From positions 1-36,409 of the IMG/VR virus record IMGVR_UViG_3300014208_000318: a DNA stretch of 36,409 nt. One strand, given 5' to 3'. Within the stretch, counting starts at the first letter, position 1, and each line of letters opens with the position of its first letter. Positions 7,055 through 17,063 of this stretch are shown here, piece after piece. Source of the DNA: a virus. Its lineage: Duplodnaviria > Caudoviricetes. The notes under the pieces were generated by a model that saw nothing but the letters and a program-made list of their open reading frames with translations, made no database searches and was not told the origin of the DNA. A program made the position numbers and the translations under genes.

Positions 7055-10051
7055 ATGACCCTCAAGACAGACATAGACCAGATCGCCGTCGATGCCGGCC
7101 TGCTGCATGACATCGTGCATGGCGGCCCCACTGCCGTGGTGGCCACCGACGGCGGCACCGTCAAGAGCGTCGCCAAGGCCATCGCCGACCTCGAAGTGCA
7201 GATCGTCACCGAAGCCGGCAGCTACGTCGACCAGTGCCAGGACGAAGTGGCGCTGGCCACCGCGCAAGCGCAGACCGCCACCAACCAGGCGGCTGCCGCC
7301 GCCGGTTCGGCGCTGTCGGCGGCCTCGGTGGTCGCGCAGGACCTGAGCGCGATCGACCGCACCGTCTTCGCCAGCACCACGCTGGTCGATGCCTTCCTCT
7401 ACGACACCAGCAAGGACAGCGACGGCGGCGCGTGGCGCAAGCGGTGCAGCCATACCTCCTGGGAAAACGAAACCCTCTCCGGCAACTGGCTCGGCTCGGC
7501 CGCCAACGAGGCCGCCGCACGCGCCATCAGCGGCGCAGTGACCGGCAGCTACTACTACGACACCACGGCCGCCGTGTTCTACAAGCTCAACGCCGGCAGT
7601 GGAGTGACGCAGGTCTATCGCGGCAACGTGCGGCAGTTCCCGGCGCAGGTGCTGATCACGGTCGAGGCCGCGCGGGTGGTGATGTGGGACTTGACGCAGG
7701 CCGGGTGCCCGATGTGGATGGTGTTTGTCTCGACGGCCTACGGCCACATATACACGCCGATGGTATCAGTGGCCATGCTCAATGGGTCGCTGGTCGCCGG
7801 GATGGGAACAGCAACAGGTTTTAGCCTGATTAAATTTATTTCAGATTCGGCAACTTATCGGGCAGTCGGAACGCACGCTTTTTACCGCAAGAACATTGCA
7901 GGTCGAAACGCAGCAGAAACTGGTTTCGGTGTCAGCATTGACGCGCAGTACATTGTTGCTAACGTCATCAACGACGTTGCCATGACCGTCCTGCCCAATG
8001 CCCCGGTCGACGTCGCTACCGGCCTTCCGATCCCGACGATTGCGGTGGCAACGAATGGTGGCGTGAGCGTCATCAAGGACGACGGCAACGTGTGGGACAT
8101 CGTGCCGAATGGCGGCGCGGCCTATAGCTACGCCGTGGCCTTCACGGCCGACAATCGACTCATGTTCGAGAATGATGGGGCAGAAACGCGCCGTACTGTG
8201 CGCGTCAATGCCATTCCAACGGCAGACGTGACGCACGTCTACACGACAAAGAACACGTCTCTGGAGGGATACACCAATAACGACACATTCATTGGTGACC
8301 TGACCTACAAAGGCGGCTCGGCCGCTCCGTTGGTGATGAGCAGACGCGCTATTGGCACCAACCTCGGCCTCAATGTTTTGAAGCGTAATCCGGCTGCACC
8401 ATCGTCCGGCATGATCGCCTACGTCACCAAGGACTACAACAGCGGGTGGATGCCAGGCGCGATCAAGGGTGCATGGCTGAGTGATTCCGTCGCTGAGACT
8501 TTGACCGGCGCGGAGAAGGTCACAAACGGCGACTTTGCCACCGACACAAGCGCGAATTGGGTCGATGTGCAATTTTCCACCGGGTTTGCGGTGACCGGCA
8601 ACCAGTTGCAGTGGACTGCATCCAGCAGCGGCACAGTGGCAATGCGGAGCAACAACCTTGTTTTGACTGGATTGACGGTCGGCAAAACTTACACCATTTA
8701 CGCCGATTTGAAGCGGGTATCCGGCTCATCGACCGGCCCCTCTGATCTGAGGGTGTATTCGCAGGCATTTGCATTGCTTGGCATCAGCCCCACGATTACG
8801 CTGTCAACCTCGTTCCAGCGGGTCGCCCTGACATTCACTGCGGCCGACACATGGGAGTATGTCTATGCCTATGTAACCAACGGCGTGAGCGCCGATGTTT
8901 ATGCAATAGACAATATCTCATGCCGCCTCGCCGATGCTGATCGCAGCGTCAAAGCCAAGGGGCTGCAAGCCTTCGGATCACTGACCAAAGCCGCCGTCGC
9001 CTCGGGTGCTCAGTTGATGGGCTACAGCGGGTTCAGCGCAGCGAACTACCTTGAGCAGCCGTACAACTCCGATCTGGATTTCGGGACGGGCGACTTTTGC
9101 ATCATGGGGTGGCTCAACATAGCGGCGAGCGCGGCGACGCAGAATGTATATTCTCGCGCCGCATATAACGGCAGCTTTAGCGGTTCATATTGCACCTTGT
9201 ATTGCGCGCCCACTGGATCGATTTTGGCGTATTTGTCCGATGACGCTGGGGTGACATATGACGTGATCACGTCCCCGGCGCTTTACATCGACGGCAAGTA
9301 TCACCTTGTTGCAATGGTCGTGCGATCGGGCGTTCTGGAACTGTGGGTTGATGGAATAAAGGTCATCCAGACGGCGGTGGTGCTTGCTGCGCTCGGGCAA
9401 ACAAATACCAGCGCAGCTACATGGGTCGGCGTAAGTCCGGCGCTGGCGAGTCCGTTCCTTGGCGGCCTTGCCCTGTTGCGCGCAACCGCCACGGCTCCCT
9501 CCGCCGAGCAGATCAAACACATCTACGAAACCGAGAAGGGGCTGTTCGCGGCGAACGCACAATGCTGTCTCGCCGGCACCAGCAATGCCGTTACCGCGCT
9601 GGCCTACGACGACGAGACCGATCTGCTTCACGTCGGCACGTCCTACGGCCGCAGCGCCTTCAAGGGGCTGGTCCGCGTGGCATCCGAGGCAACGCCGGTC
9701 GGCGCGATCACGGCGCTTGCGGCCGGTGCCGGCGTGATCGCCCAGGCCGGCGCGAGTGGTGCCGACGTCTATGTCCCGGCCTACAGCCTGCGCGAGGAGC
9801 TGCTGCGCGATGCCGAGCAGATGGCGCGCTTCGGCCAGAACCTGATCGCTCACGACTTTACCGCCACGGCCAGCCAGACCAACTTCGCCCTGCCGGCCGG
9901 CTGGGAGATCGTCGCCGTCTATCAGCAAGGCGCGCTCAAGCGCGAGACGACGAGTTGGACGCGCAGCTTCGACGGCTTCATCTGGTCCGTGGTGCTGGGC
10001 ACCGGCGCGACGGTTTCCGACTGGATTTCGATTCTGGCGAAAAGGGTCTGA
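7055..10051 (+). CDS. Tail fibre / receptor-binding protein with CBM-like and LamG (ConA-like) domains
   Basis: 998 aa; 'VTNGDF..LTVGKTYTIYA' CBM-like and 'LDFGTGDFCIMGW..YHLVAMV..LELWVDG' LamG-like motifs. Confidence 0.75.
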   Translation: MTLKTDIDQIAVDAGLLHDIVHGGPTAVVATDGGTVKSVAKAIADLEVQIVTEAGSYVDQCQDEVALATAQAQTATNQAAAAAGSALSAASVVAQDLSAIDRTVFASTTLVDAFLYDTSKDSDGGAWRKRCSHTSWENETLSGNWLGSAANEAAARAISGAVTGSYYYDTTAAVFYKLNAGSGVTQVYRGNVRQFPAQVLITVEAARVVMWDLTQAGCPMWMVFVSTAYGHIYTPMVSVAMLNGSLVAGMGTATGFSLIKFISDSATYRAVGTHAFYRKNIAGRNAAETGFGVSIDAQYIVANVINDVAMTVLPNAPVDVATGLPIPTIAVATNGGVSVIKDDGNVWDIVPNGGAAYSYAVAFTADNRLMFENDGAETRRTVRVNAIPTADVTHVYTTKNTSLEGYTNNDTFIGDLTYKGGSAAPLVMSRRAIGTNLGLNVLKRNPAAPSSGMIAYVTKDYNSGWMPGAIKGAWLSDSVAETLTGAEKVTNGDFATDTSANWVDVQFSTGFAVTGNQLQWTASSSGTVAMRSNNLVLTGLTVGKTYTIYADLKRVSGSSTGPSDLRVYSQAFALLGISPTITLSTSFQRVALTFTAADTWEYVYAYVTNGVSADVYAIDNISCRLADADRSVKAKGLQAFGSLTKAAVASGAQLMGYSGFSAANYLEQPYNSDLDFGTGDFCIMGWLNIAASAATQNVYSRAAYNGSFSGSYCTLYCAPTGSILAYLSDDAGVTYDVITSPALYIDGKYHLVAMVVRSGVLELWVDGIKVIQTAVVLAALGQTNTSAATWVGVSPALASPFLGGLALLRATATAPSAEQIKHIYETEKGLFAANAQCCLAGTSNAVTALAYDDETDLLHVGTSYGRSAFKGLVRVASEATPVGAITALAAGAGVIAQAGASGADVYVPAYSLREELLRDAEQMARFGQNLIAHDFTATASQTNFALPAGWEIVAVYQQGALKRETTSWTRSFDGFIWSVVLGTGATVSDWISILAKRV

Positions 10052-10053
10052 CC

Positions 10054-10530
10054 ATGAGTGCACTGACGATTGACTTGATGGGCAACACGCCGCTCGACGA
10101 GGCGACGATCCAGGCCCGCGCGCAGGACATCATCGCGGCCGAGTGGGCGCCCTGGAAGCGCGAGCGCGCCCTGCGCCTGGCGGCGACCGGCGACGCGGTG
10201 CAGCTCGATGCGCTCAATGCCTACATGGCGGAGATCAGCGCCGAGGTGGATCTGAGCCGCGACAACTCGGCGCTGCTCGCCGCCGCCCTGGCGGTGGAAG
10301 CCGCGCAGACGCGCCTGGCGCTGCCGGCCTATGACGGCCCGGCGACGATCGAGGGCGAGGAAGGGCCGCAGCCGCATCCCGACCAGGTGCGCGACGACGA
10401 CGAGCGCACGGCCGCGCACGAGGTGATCTACCTGGCCAGCCCACAAGTGCTGGCGCTGGTCGCGTCTCGCGTGCCGCCGCCGCCGGAGCCTGCGCCGGAA
10501 CCCGAGCCCGAGCTGCCGGCGGGTCTCTGA
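10054..10530 (+). CDS. Hypothetical tail-associated protein
   Basis: ATG 2 nt after the upstream stop; co-oriented in the tail operon. Confidence 0.65.
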   Translation: MSALTIDLMGNTPLDEATIQARAQDIIAAEWAPWKRERALRLAATGDAVQLDALNAYMAEISAEVDLSRDNSALLAAALAVEAAQTRLALPAYDGPATIEGEEGPQPHPDQVRDDDERTAAHEVIYLASPQVLALVASRVPPPPEPAPEPEPELPAGL

Positions 10531-10533
10531 GCG

Positions 10534-11043
10534 ATGCCTGATCCGCTGCTCTCCGCCGCGATCCGCGAGGCCTATGCCGTGGCCCCGGTCAATGTGGTGA
10601 TCCTCGACACGCTGGAGCTGTCGCATCCGGACTTCACCGAGCCGGTGCGCGTGGTGCTGGCCTATGAGGATCTGACGGCCACCCTGGAGGATGACGTCAC
10701 CCTGGCCACGTTCAAGGCCTTCGCCTTCACCGTCACGTTTCCGCCGATGGGCGATGCCGCGCCGGCGCCGGAATTCGTGGTGCGGCTGGACGGCATCTCG
10801 CGCGAGATCATCGAGCAGCTCGACCTGGCCGTCGAGAGCGGCGAGAAAATCACGATGCTGTACCGCGCCTATCTGTCCACGGATCTGTCGGGGCCGCAGA
10901 ACACGCCGAAGAGCCTGGACCTGATCTACGTGCGCACCGACGTATTCAGCGTCGAGGCGCGCGCCGCGCTGCCTAATGCGGCGAACCGGCCCTTCCCCTA
11001 CGAGGACTACACGGCGCGGACCTTTCCGGGGCTGGCGGGATGA
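10534..11043 (+). CDS. Tail tip protein (DUF1833/gpL-like)
   Basis: 'REAYA..ILDTLELSHPDF..Y..RTFPGL' pattern. Confidence 0.75.
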   Translation: MPDPLLSAAIREAYAVAPVNVVILDTLELSHPDFTEPVRVVLAYEDLTATLEDDVTLATFKAFAFTVTFPPMGDAAPAPEFVVRLDGISREIIEQLDLAVESGEKITMLYRAYLSTDLSGPQNTPKSLDLIYVRTDVFSVEARAALPNAANRPFPYEDYTARTFPGLAG

Positions 11044-11435
11044 CAACGCCACACTGGGCCATCCCCTACGTCGGCACGCCCTGGGCGCAGACGGCCAACT
11101 GCTGGGACTTTTTCCGCCGCGTGCAGGCGGAGCACTTCGGCATCGAGGTGCCGGAGATCCACATCGAGGCCTTCGACCTGCGCCACCTGATCCAGACCTT
11201 CCGCGACCATCCCGAGCGCGGCAACTGGCAGCCGATCGCTACCGCCGATCGGCGCGAGGGCGACGGCATCCTGATGGCGCAGCGTAAGCGCCCCTGGCAT
11301 GTCGGCGTTTGGGTCGATGTCGATGGCGGGCGGGTGATGCACTGCCCCGAGGGCGGCGCGGTGTTGCAGCGGCTGGCGGACGTCCACCGCTGCGGCTGGG
11401 AAATGATCGAGTTCTACAGGCACACGCCAGCATGA
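11040..11435 (+). CDS. NlpC/P60 tail tip protein (gpK-like)
   Basis: 'YVGTPW..NCW' catalytic Cys and 'HVGVW..VMH'. Confidence 0.8.
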   Translation: MTTPHWAIPYVGTPWAQTANCWDFFRRVQAEHFGIEVPEIHIEAFDLRHLIQTFRDHPERGNWQPIATADRREGDGILMAQRKRPWHVGVWVDVDGGRVMHCPEGGAVLQRLADVHRCGWEMIEFYRHTPA

Positions 11436-14400
11436 ATGCCATCTATGCCATGAACCCGCTGTCGCCAGCGCGCCAGGTGGTGCCGCTGCTGGGCGGCGAA
11501 TCGCTGGCGCAACTGGCGCCGCAGGACTGCCCCTATCCCTTCTACTGCCGCCACAACGACGTGTCGGTGCTGCGCGCCGATTGGCCGCTGATGAAAGTCG
11601 GCGCTGGCGACACGGTGGAATTCATCGCCCTGCCGCCCGGCCTGCAGGGCGGCGGCGGTGGCGGCGGCAAGAACCCGCTGGCCACGGTGGCGATGCTGGC
11701 GATCATGGTGTTCAACCCTGGCATGGCGCTGGCCGGTGCGGGTGGCATGGGCCTGACCGGCATGGCGGCCACGCTGGTGGGCGGCGCGATCAACATGGCC
11801 ATCGGCATGGTGGTGTCCTCCCTGACGATGGAGACGCCGCGCGCCACGGCGGCGCAGCAGATGCAGAGCATGGCGGCGGCCTCGCCCACCTACAACCTGC
11901 AGGCGCAGGGCAATCAGGCGCGGCTGGGGCAGCCGATCGCCGAGCACTTCGGCCGCCATCTCAACTTCCCCGATTTCGGCGCCGCGCCGTATGCCGAATA
12001 CGTCGGCAACGAGCAGTTTTTGTATCAACTGTTCGTGATCGGCCAGGGCTATTACGACATCGAGGCGATCCGCATCGAGGATACGGCCATCGCCAGCTTC
12101 CCGGAGATCACCTACGAGGTGGTCGAGCCGGGTGGGTCGGTGACGCTGTTCCCGGCCAATGTGGTGACCAGCGGTGAAGTCTCCAGTCAGGAGCTGACGA
12201 CCGGCGATTACATCGGCGGCTTCATCGCCAATGCCAGCGGCACGCTGGCCAACGCCATCGGCATCGACGTGGTGTTCCCCAAGGGCTTGTACTACGCCAA
12301 CGCCAGCGGCGGGCTGGACAACAAGTCCGGCGTCTTCGTGGTCGAGGCGCGCACCGTGGACAGCGCCGGGGCGCCGACCGGTAGCTGGACGACGCTGGGC
12401 ACCACCACCACCACGCGCGCCACCAACACGCCGCAGCGCATCAGCCTGCGCTTCGATGTCGCGCCGGCGCGCTACGAGGTGCGCTGCCAGCGCACCGACA
12501 CCAAGGACACCGACGCCCGCGCCGGGCACGACCTGTTCTGGACCGGCCTGCGCGCCTACCTGCCGGGCTCGCAGCAGTACGGCGGGGTGACGCTGCTGGC
12601 GATGCGCATGCAGGCCAGCAACAGCCTCTCGGCGCAATCCTCGCGCAAGGTGAATGTGCTGGCCACGCGCAAGCTGCCGGCCTGGGACGCGATCAGCGGC
12701 TGGGGTGCGCCGGCCGCGACGCGCTCGATTGCCTGGGCCTTCGCCTATGTCGCCCGCTCGGCCAATGGCCTCAACTACGCCGACGACCGTCTGCCGCTCG
12801 ACGAGCTGGTGGCGCTCGATGCCACCTGGACGGCACGCGGCGATAAATTCGACGGCATTTTCGACAGCAAGGGCACCGCCTGGGAGGCGCTGACGCAGAT
12901 CGCCCGCGCCGGCCGTGCCAAGCCCTACCCGCAGGGCGGCTGCCTGCGCATTGCCAGGGACGAGCCGCAGAGCGTGCCGGCGGCGGTGTATTCGATGCGC
13001 AACATCCTGCCCGGCAGCTTTTCGATCGAGCACGCGCTGCCCGGCGGGCAGACGGCGGACTGCATCGACATGGAATTTTTCAACGAGGACACCTGGTCGC
13101 CGGATCGGGTGCAATGCGCCCTGCCGGGATCGGCCTCGCTGAAGCCGGAGAAGATCAAAATCTTCGGCGTGGTGCAGCGCGACCAGGTGTGGCGCGAGGG
13201 CATGTTCATCGCCGCCTGCAACGCCTATCGGCGCCGCACCACCGTATTCAGCACCGAGCTGGAAGGCATGATTCCCAGCTACCTCGATCTGGTGGCCGTG
13301 CAGCACGACCTGCCGAACTGGGGCCAGCAGGCCGAGGCGCTGAGCTGGAACGCCGGCACCAAGACGCTCGGGGTGAGCGAGCCGCTGACCTTCGGCAGCG
13401 GCACGCATTATGTCGGCCTGCGCAAGGACGATGGCAGCTTCAGCGGGCCGTGGACAGTGACGGCGGGGGCGGACGAATACACCGTGGTGCTGGCCGCGAC
13501 GCCCGACATCACGCCCTACACCGGCGAGGATCAGGAACGCACGCACGTGATGTTCGGCACGGCCGGCGCGTATCACAAGCACTGCCGCCTGATTTCGGCC
13601 AAGCACGCGGGCGATCTCAAGGTCGAGCTGTCGGCGGTGGTCGAGGATACCCGCGTGCATACGGCCGATGGCGGAACGATTACGCCAACCGCGCCGGGCT
13701 GGGGCCTGCCGGGCATTCCGACCGCGCCGGTGGTGAGCGGGCTGGAGGTGGTGCAGGGCGGCACGCCGGATCGCCCGCTGCTGGCCGCGAGCTGGCGCCC
13801 CGCCGCCGGCGCGGCGAGCTACATCGTGGAGCGATCGAGCGACGGCGCGAGCTGGACCCGCGTCGCCGACGTGACGACCGCGCACCTGACCTTCGAGGTG
13901 TCGCCCGGCACCATCCATGTCCGCGTGGCGGCGATGGGGGCGGTGCTCGGACCGTGGGATTCCTGGACGGATGATGCCGGTACCGGCGTGGCGCCACCGC
14001 CGACTGTTACCGGCCTGGCGCTCACCGAAGCCTTCACCGGCGACGTGCTGCGGGTCAAGTGGGACAAGACGCCGCGCGCGCTGAACTACTCGGTGGCGGT
14101 GTGGAATGCCAGCGTGCTGATCCGCACCCGCATCGTGGTGCTGACGGAATACGAATACACCGCCGCCGATGCGGTTGCCGACGGCCTGCACGGCATCGGC
14201 CGCGATCTGGAAATCCGCGTTCGCGCCAACGGCAACAGCAGCACCTCGCCGGCCTGGGCGGCGCTGGGCATGTCCAACCCGCAGATTGGTGCGCTGGCCG
14301 GGGTGGCGGTGTATGGCCTGATGGCCTCGATCCTGGTCGAATACACGCCGCCGGCGAACACGCCGGATTTCGACGGGGTGTGCGTCTGGGTATCGACCAC

Positions 14401-15205
14401 CGACGGCTTTACGCCCGGCGCCGGAAACCTCAAATACAAGGGGCGCAACAACCCGGTCAGCATCGATCTGGACCCGAGCGCGACAACCTATTACCTGCGC
14501 ATCGCCGGATACGACGTGTGGGGCGTCGATGGCCTGACGTATTCGGCGCAGCAGACCGTGATCATGTCGCAGATCGTCTCGACGCAGATCACCGACGGCG
14601 CGATCAGCACGCCGAAGCTGGCGGCGAATTCGGTGACGGCAACCAAGATGGTGGCCGGCACGATCACCGCCGCCAGCGGCATCATCGCCGACGCGGCGAT
14701 TACCAACGCCAAGATCGCGGACGTGATCCAGAGCACGGCATATGTTGCCGGCTCGGCGGGCTGGAAGCTCGACAAGGCCGGCAACGCAGAATTCAGCGCC
14801 GGGACGTTTCGCGGCGCGCTCGACGCCGCGAGCGGAACCTTCGCCGGAACACTGACCGCTGCGGCCGTAAATGCCGTCGACACGATCAACATCGGCGGCA
14901 ACGCGGTGACGGTACCGGGAGGCGCGACCGGCACCTATTCGGCCGGCGTGTCGCTCACCTTCAGCCATGCCGGCAACGTCGTCATCATCGGAACGTTCAC
15001 GCAGGGCTCCGGTAAAAACGGCCACACCTGGCGGATGTACCAGGACAGCACGGAGGTGGGGGCGGAGCAGCCGATTGAGGGCACGACAGGGGCCATGACC
15101 TACAAGGGAGCCGTGGCCGCCGGTACCTACTATTTCTCGATCGCGTGCGATACCACCTCCGGCGATGGCCGCTGCGGAATTTCTGTGCTTGGAGCAAAAC
15201 GGTGA
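11432..15205 (+). CDS. Host specificity / central tail fibre protein (TipJ-like) with FN3-like repeats
   Basis: ATGA overlap; 'GNQARLGQPIAEHFG', 'TRSIAWA'; FN3-like 'PPTVTGL..W..Y.V'; C-terminal 'GWKLDKAGNAEF'. Confidence 0.9.
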   Translation: MNAIYAMNPLSPARQVVPLLGGESLAQLAPQDCPYPFYCRHNDVSVLRADWPLMKVGAGDTVEFIALPPGLQGGGGGGGKNPLATVAMLAIMVFNPGMALAGAGGMGLTGMAATLVGGAINMAIGMVVSSLTMETPRATAAQQMQSMAAASPTYNLQAQGNQARLGQPIAEHFGRHLNFPDFGAAPYAEYVGNEQFLYQLFVIGQGYYDIEAIRIEDTAIASFPEITYEVVEPGGSVTLFPANVVTSGEVSSQELTTGDYIGGFIANASGTLANAIGIDVVFPKGLYYANASGGLDNKSGVFVVEARTVDSAGAPTGSWTTLGTTTTTRATNTPQRISLRFDVAPARYEVRCQRTDTKDTDARAGHDLFWTGLRAYLPGSQQYGGVTLLAMRMQASNSLSAQSSRKVNVLATRKLPAWDAISGWGAPAATRSIAWAFAYVARSANGLNYADDRLPLDELVALDATWTARGDKFDGIFDSKGTAWEALTQIARAGRAKPYPQGGCLRIARDEPQSVPAAVYSMRNILPGSFSIEHALPGGQTADCIDMEFFNEDTWSPDRVQCALPGSASLKPEKIKIFGVVQRDQVWREGMFIAACNAYRRRTTVFSTELEGMIPSYLDLVAVQHDLPNWGQQAEALSWNAGTKTLGVSEPLTFGSGTHYVGLRKDDGSFSGPWTVTAGADEYTVVLAATPDITPYTGEDQERTHVMFGTAGAYHKHCRLISAKHAGDLKVELSAVVEDTRVHTADGGTITPTAPGWGLPGIPTAPVVSGLEVVQGGTPDRPLLAASWRPAAGAASYIVERSSDGASWTRVADVTTAHLTFEVSPGTIHVRVAAMGAVLGPWDSWTDDAGTGVAPPPTVTGLALTEAFTGDVLRVKWDKTPRALNYSVAVWNASVLIRTRIVVLTEYEYTAADAVADGLHGIGRDLEIRVRANGNSSTSPAWAALGMSNPQIGALAGVAVYGLMASILVEYTPPANTPDFDGVCVWVSTTDGFTPGAGNLKYKGRNNPVSIDLDPSATTYYLRIAGYDVWGVDGLTYSAQQTVIMSQIVSTQITDGAISTPKLAANSVTATKMVAGTITAASGIIADAAITNAKIADVIQSTAYVAGSAGWKLDKAGNAEFSAGTFRGALDAASGTFAGTLTAAAVNAVDTINIGGNAVTVPGGATGTYSAGVSLTFSHAGNVVIIGTFTQGSGKNGHTWRMYQDSTEVGAEQPIEGTTGAMTYKGAVAAGTYYFSIACDTTSGDGRCGISVLGAKR

Positions 15206-15615
15206 CGCATTTTTTTGCATACGACGCGCTCGGCCGGATCGTGATGGCGGGCACGTGCCCGCGTGCCGACCTGGAGCATCAAAGCATGTCGGGAGCCACG
15301 ATCGCCGAAGGCGTCGCCGGGCTTGATACGCACTATTTCGACCTGCAGACGGAGCAACTTGTTTCCATGCCGCCGCGCCCCTCGGCAGATCATGTCTTCG
15401 ACTATATCGCTCGGCGCTGGAAGCAATCCCCAGCACAGGCGGAAGCGAACGTCCGCGCGCGACGCGCGAGCGAATACCCGTCGGTCGGCGCGCAGCTCGA
15501 TGCGCTGTGGCACGCGATGGATGCCGGCGAACTGCCGATGATCGCGGCCTTCTACGAGCCGATCGCGGCGGTGAAGGCGCGATATCCGAAACCGGCGAAG
15601 GGGGGCAATCCATGA
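15202..15615 (+). CDS. Tail fibre assembly-like protein
   Basis: GTGA overlap; 'RRASEYPSVGAQLDALWHAMD..VKARYPKP' motif. Confidence 0.7.
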   Translation: MTHFFAYDALGRIVMAGTCPRADLEHQSMSGATIAEGVAGLDTHYFDLQTEQLVSMPPRPSADHVFDYIARRWKQSPAQAEANVRARRASEYPSVGAQLDALWHAMDAGELPMIAAFYEPIAAVKARYPKPAKGGNP

Positions 15616-15758
15616 AACAGACGGCGCTGATGATCGTGATGGCGGTGCTGCTGGCCGGCTGCGTGACGATGAGCGGCCCGACGCCGTTCGAGGTCGGCGA
15701 CGAAGCCCCGCCGCCGGCTGGCTGTGTTGAAGGGAGGGCGCGCGGTGTGGACTGTTGA
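15612..15758 (+). CDS. Small lipoprotein (48 aa)
   Basis: Signal peptide with lipobox LLAG-C; ATGA overlap. Confidence 0.7.
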   Translation: MKQTALMIVMAVLLAGCVTMSGPTPFEVGDEAPPPAGCVEGRARGVDC

Positions 15759-16170
15759 TCAACTACAGACAATACAGCACCGGACGCAGGCGCGGTTCAA
15801 CTACGTGCCCGACCTGGTGAAGTGGAAGACCCCGGATTACTGGATCGGCCGCCAGGACGGAAATCTGCTCGCGGGAAAGTGGGACGGCGATTGCGACGAC
15901 TTCGCCCTGATCTGCCGCGCCGAATGCCGCGCGCTGGAGATCCCGAATCGGCTGGTGTTCTGCTGGGTGCCCAGCCAGGCCGGCTACCACCTGGTGACCG
16001 AGGTCGAGGGCTGGCTGTTCGACTGCCGCTTCCCGCACCTGACGGAGCGCGACTTGACCGAGTACGTGTGGATCGAGATCAGCGGCTTCGAGGCTGGCGA
16101 GCCGTGGCACTGGGTCAAGGGGTTTGATCCGGCCGGGGTGTGGCCGCATCAAAAGGCTGGGCGGGGATGA
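15745..16170 (+). CDS. Transglutaminase-like cysteine peptidase (C93/BTLCP-like), catalytic domain
   Basis: GGGAGG before GTG 15745; 'DYW..GDCDDFA..RLV..HLV..WLFD' Cys-His-Asp triad. Confidence 0.75.
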   Translation: MWTVDQLQTIQHRTQARFNYVPDLVKWKTPDYWIGRQDGNLLAGKWDGDCDDFALICRAECRALEIPNRLVFCWVPSQAGYHLVTEVEGWLFDCRFPHLTERDLTEYVWIEISGFEAGEPWHWVKGFDPAGVWPHQKAGRG

Positions 16171-16171
16171 T

Positions 16172-16558
16172 TCAGCAGCCAGAGTCCCCGGTCGCCCATC
16201 GGTGCCAGCGATTCCTCCGCGCCTCGCTGTCGCTGGTCAGGCCGACACGCACCCTGGAGTGCTTCTCGTCGATCGCCGTGATGATGATTCGGCCCCAGTA
16301 AATCGGCGAGGCCGAGTTGAGCATTGTGGGGTGCCATGCGTCGAATTCGCCCGTCTTGATGTCATTGAACAGCGCGGACTCGACATACTCATCGCCGCAC
16401 GATCTGAATCCAGCGCGGACATTGCGAAACGCCTGCTGGTAGGCAATTGGCAAGGTCCGCTCGTGCCAGACAAAGTCGCTTTCCTTGAGTTGGCCGACGG
16501 GCGTACACCCAAGCAAGGTGGTAGTTATGGTCGCGAGCGCGGCGATCTTGAGATTCAT
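16172..16558 (-). CDS. Lipoprotein in immunity region (possible superinfection exclusion)
   Basis: MNLKIAALATITTTLLG-C lipobox; co-oriented with the repressor. Confidence 0.65.
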   Translation of the reverse strand: MNLKIAALATITTTLLGCTPVGQLKESDFVWHERTLPIAYQQAFRNVRAGFRSCGDEYVESALFNDIKTGEFDAWHPTMLNSASPIYWGRIIITAIDEKHSRVRVGLTSDSEARRNRWHRWATGDSGC

Positions 16559-16563
16559 GCCGA

Positions 16564-16752
16564 TCAGCGCCGCCCGAACAGCGAGCGGATCAATGCGGAG
16601 AAGATCTGCGCGACCACGGGGCCGATGATCCGCGTCCCGATCCGTGCCGGCACCGTGCCGCGCGCGACGGAATTCACGTCGCCCAGCACGCGGCTGGTCG
16701 AGTACAGCGCACTGCGCACCTTGCCGATGGTGATGCCTTTTTTCGCGCTCAT
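16564..16752 (-). CDS. Small basic hypothetical protein
   Basis: AGGAGG RBS; overlaps upstream stop; in the leftward operon. Confidence 0.55.
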   Translation of the reverse strand: MSAKKGITIGKVRSALYSTSRVLGDVNSVARGTVPARIGTRIIGPVVAQIFSALIRSLFGRR

Positions 16753-17063
16753 GTCGCCTCCTGATCGAATGTCCCGCCCAGAAACGCCTGTATGCCGCGC
16801 AGCTCGCGCAGGGCCGTTTCATCGATGCCGCGATGGGTCGCGGCGGCCTGGGCGGATTGCCATACCTCGCCGCGCAAGCCCTGCCATTCTTCGCTGGTGA
16901 TGCCAAGCCGATCGTACAGCGCGCAGAGGTCGGACACCTCGGCATCAGTCAGGCGCGCATCGGTTACGGCGTCGATCATGGCAGCGCCGAAAGCGGCCAC
17001 AGACATTTCGCGCTCGCCCTCGATCAGGCCTTGCCGGAAGTCTTCAATCAGTTGTTTCAGCAT
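16749..17063 (-). CDS. Hypothetical protein (weak TerB-like 'DARLTDAE..LGI')
   Basis: AAGGAG RBS; directly downstream of the repressor. Confidence 0.55.
   Translation of the reverse strand: MLKQLIEDFRQGLIEGEREMSVAAFGAAMIDAVTDARLTDAEVSDLCALYDRLGITSEEWQGLRGEVWQSAQAAATHRGIDETALRELRGIQAFLGGTFDQEAT

Noticed and set aside
7055-15615. A third VR in tail fibre or tip genes
   Set aside because: No copy of the TR or IMH sequence seen by eye; a remote target outside the window cannot be excluded
11414-15772. 1452-aa minus-strand ORF (likewise 22930-24948 and 29210-31987 on the minus strand)
   Set aside because: Antisense shadows of well-supported genes in high-GC DNA; no recognisable motifs
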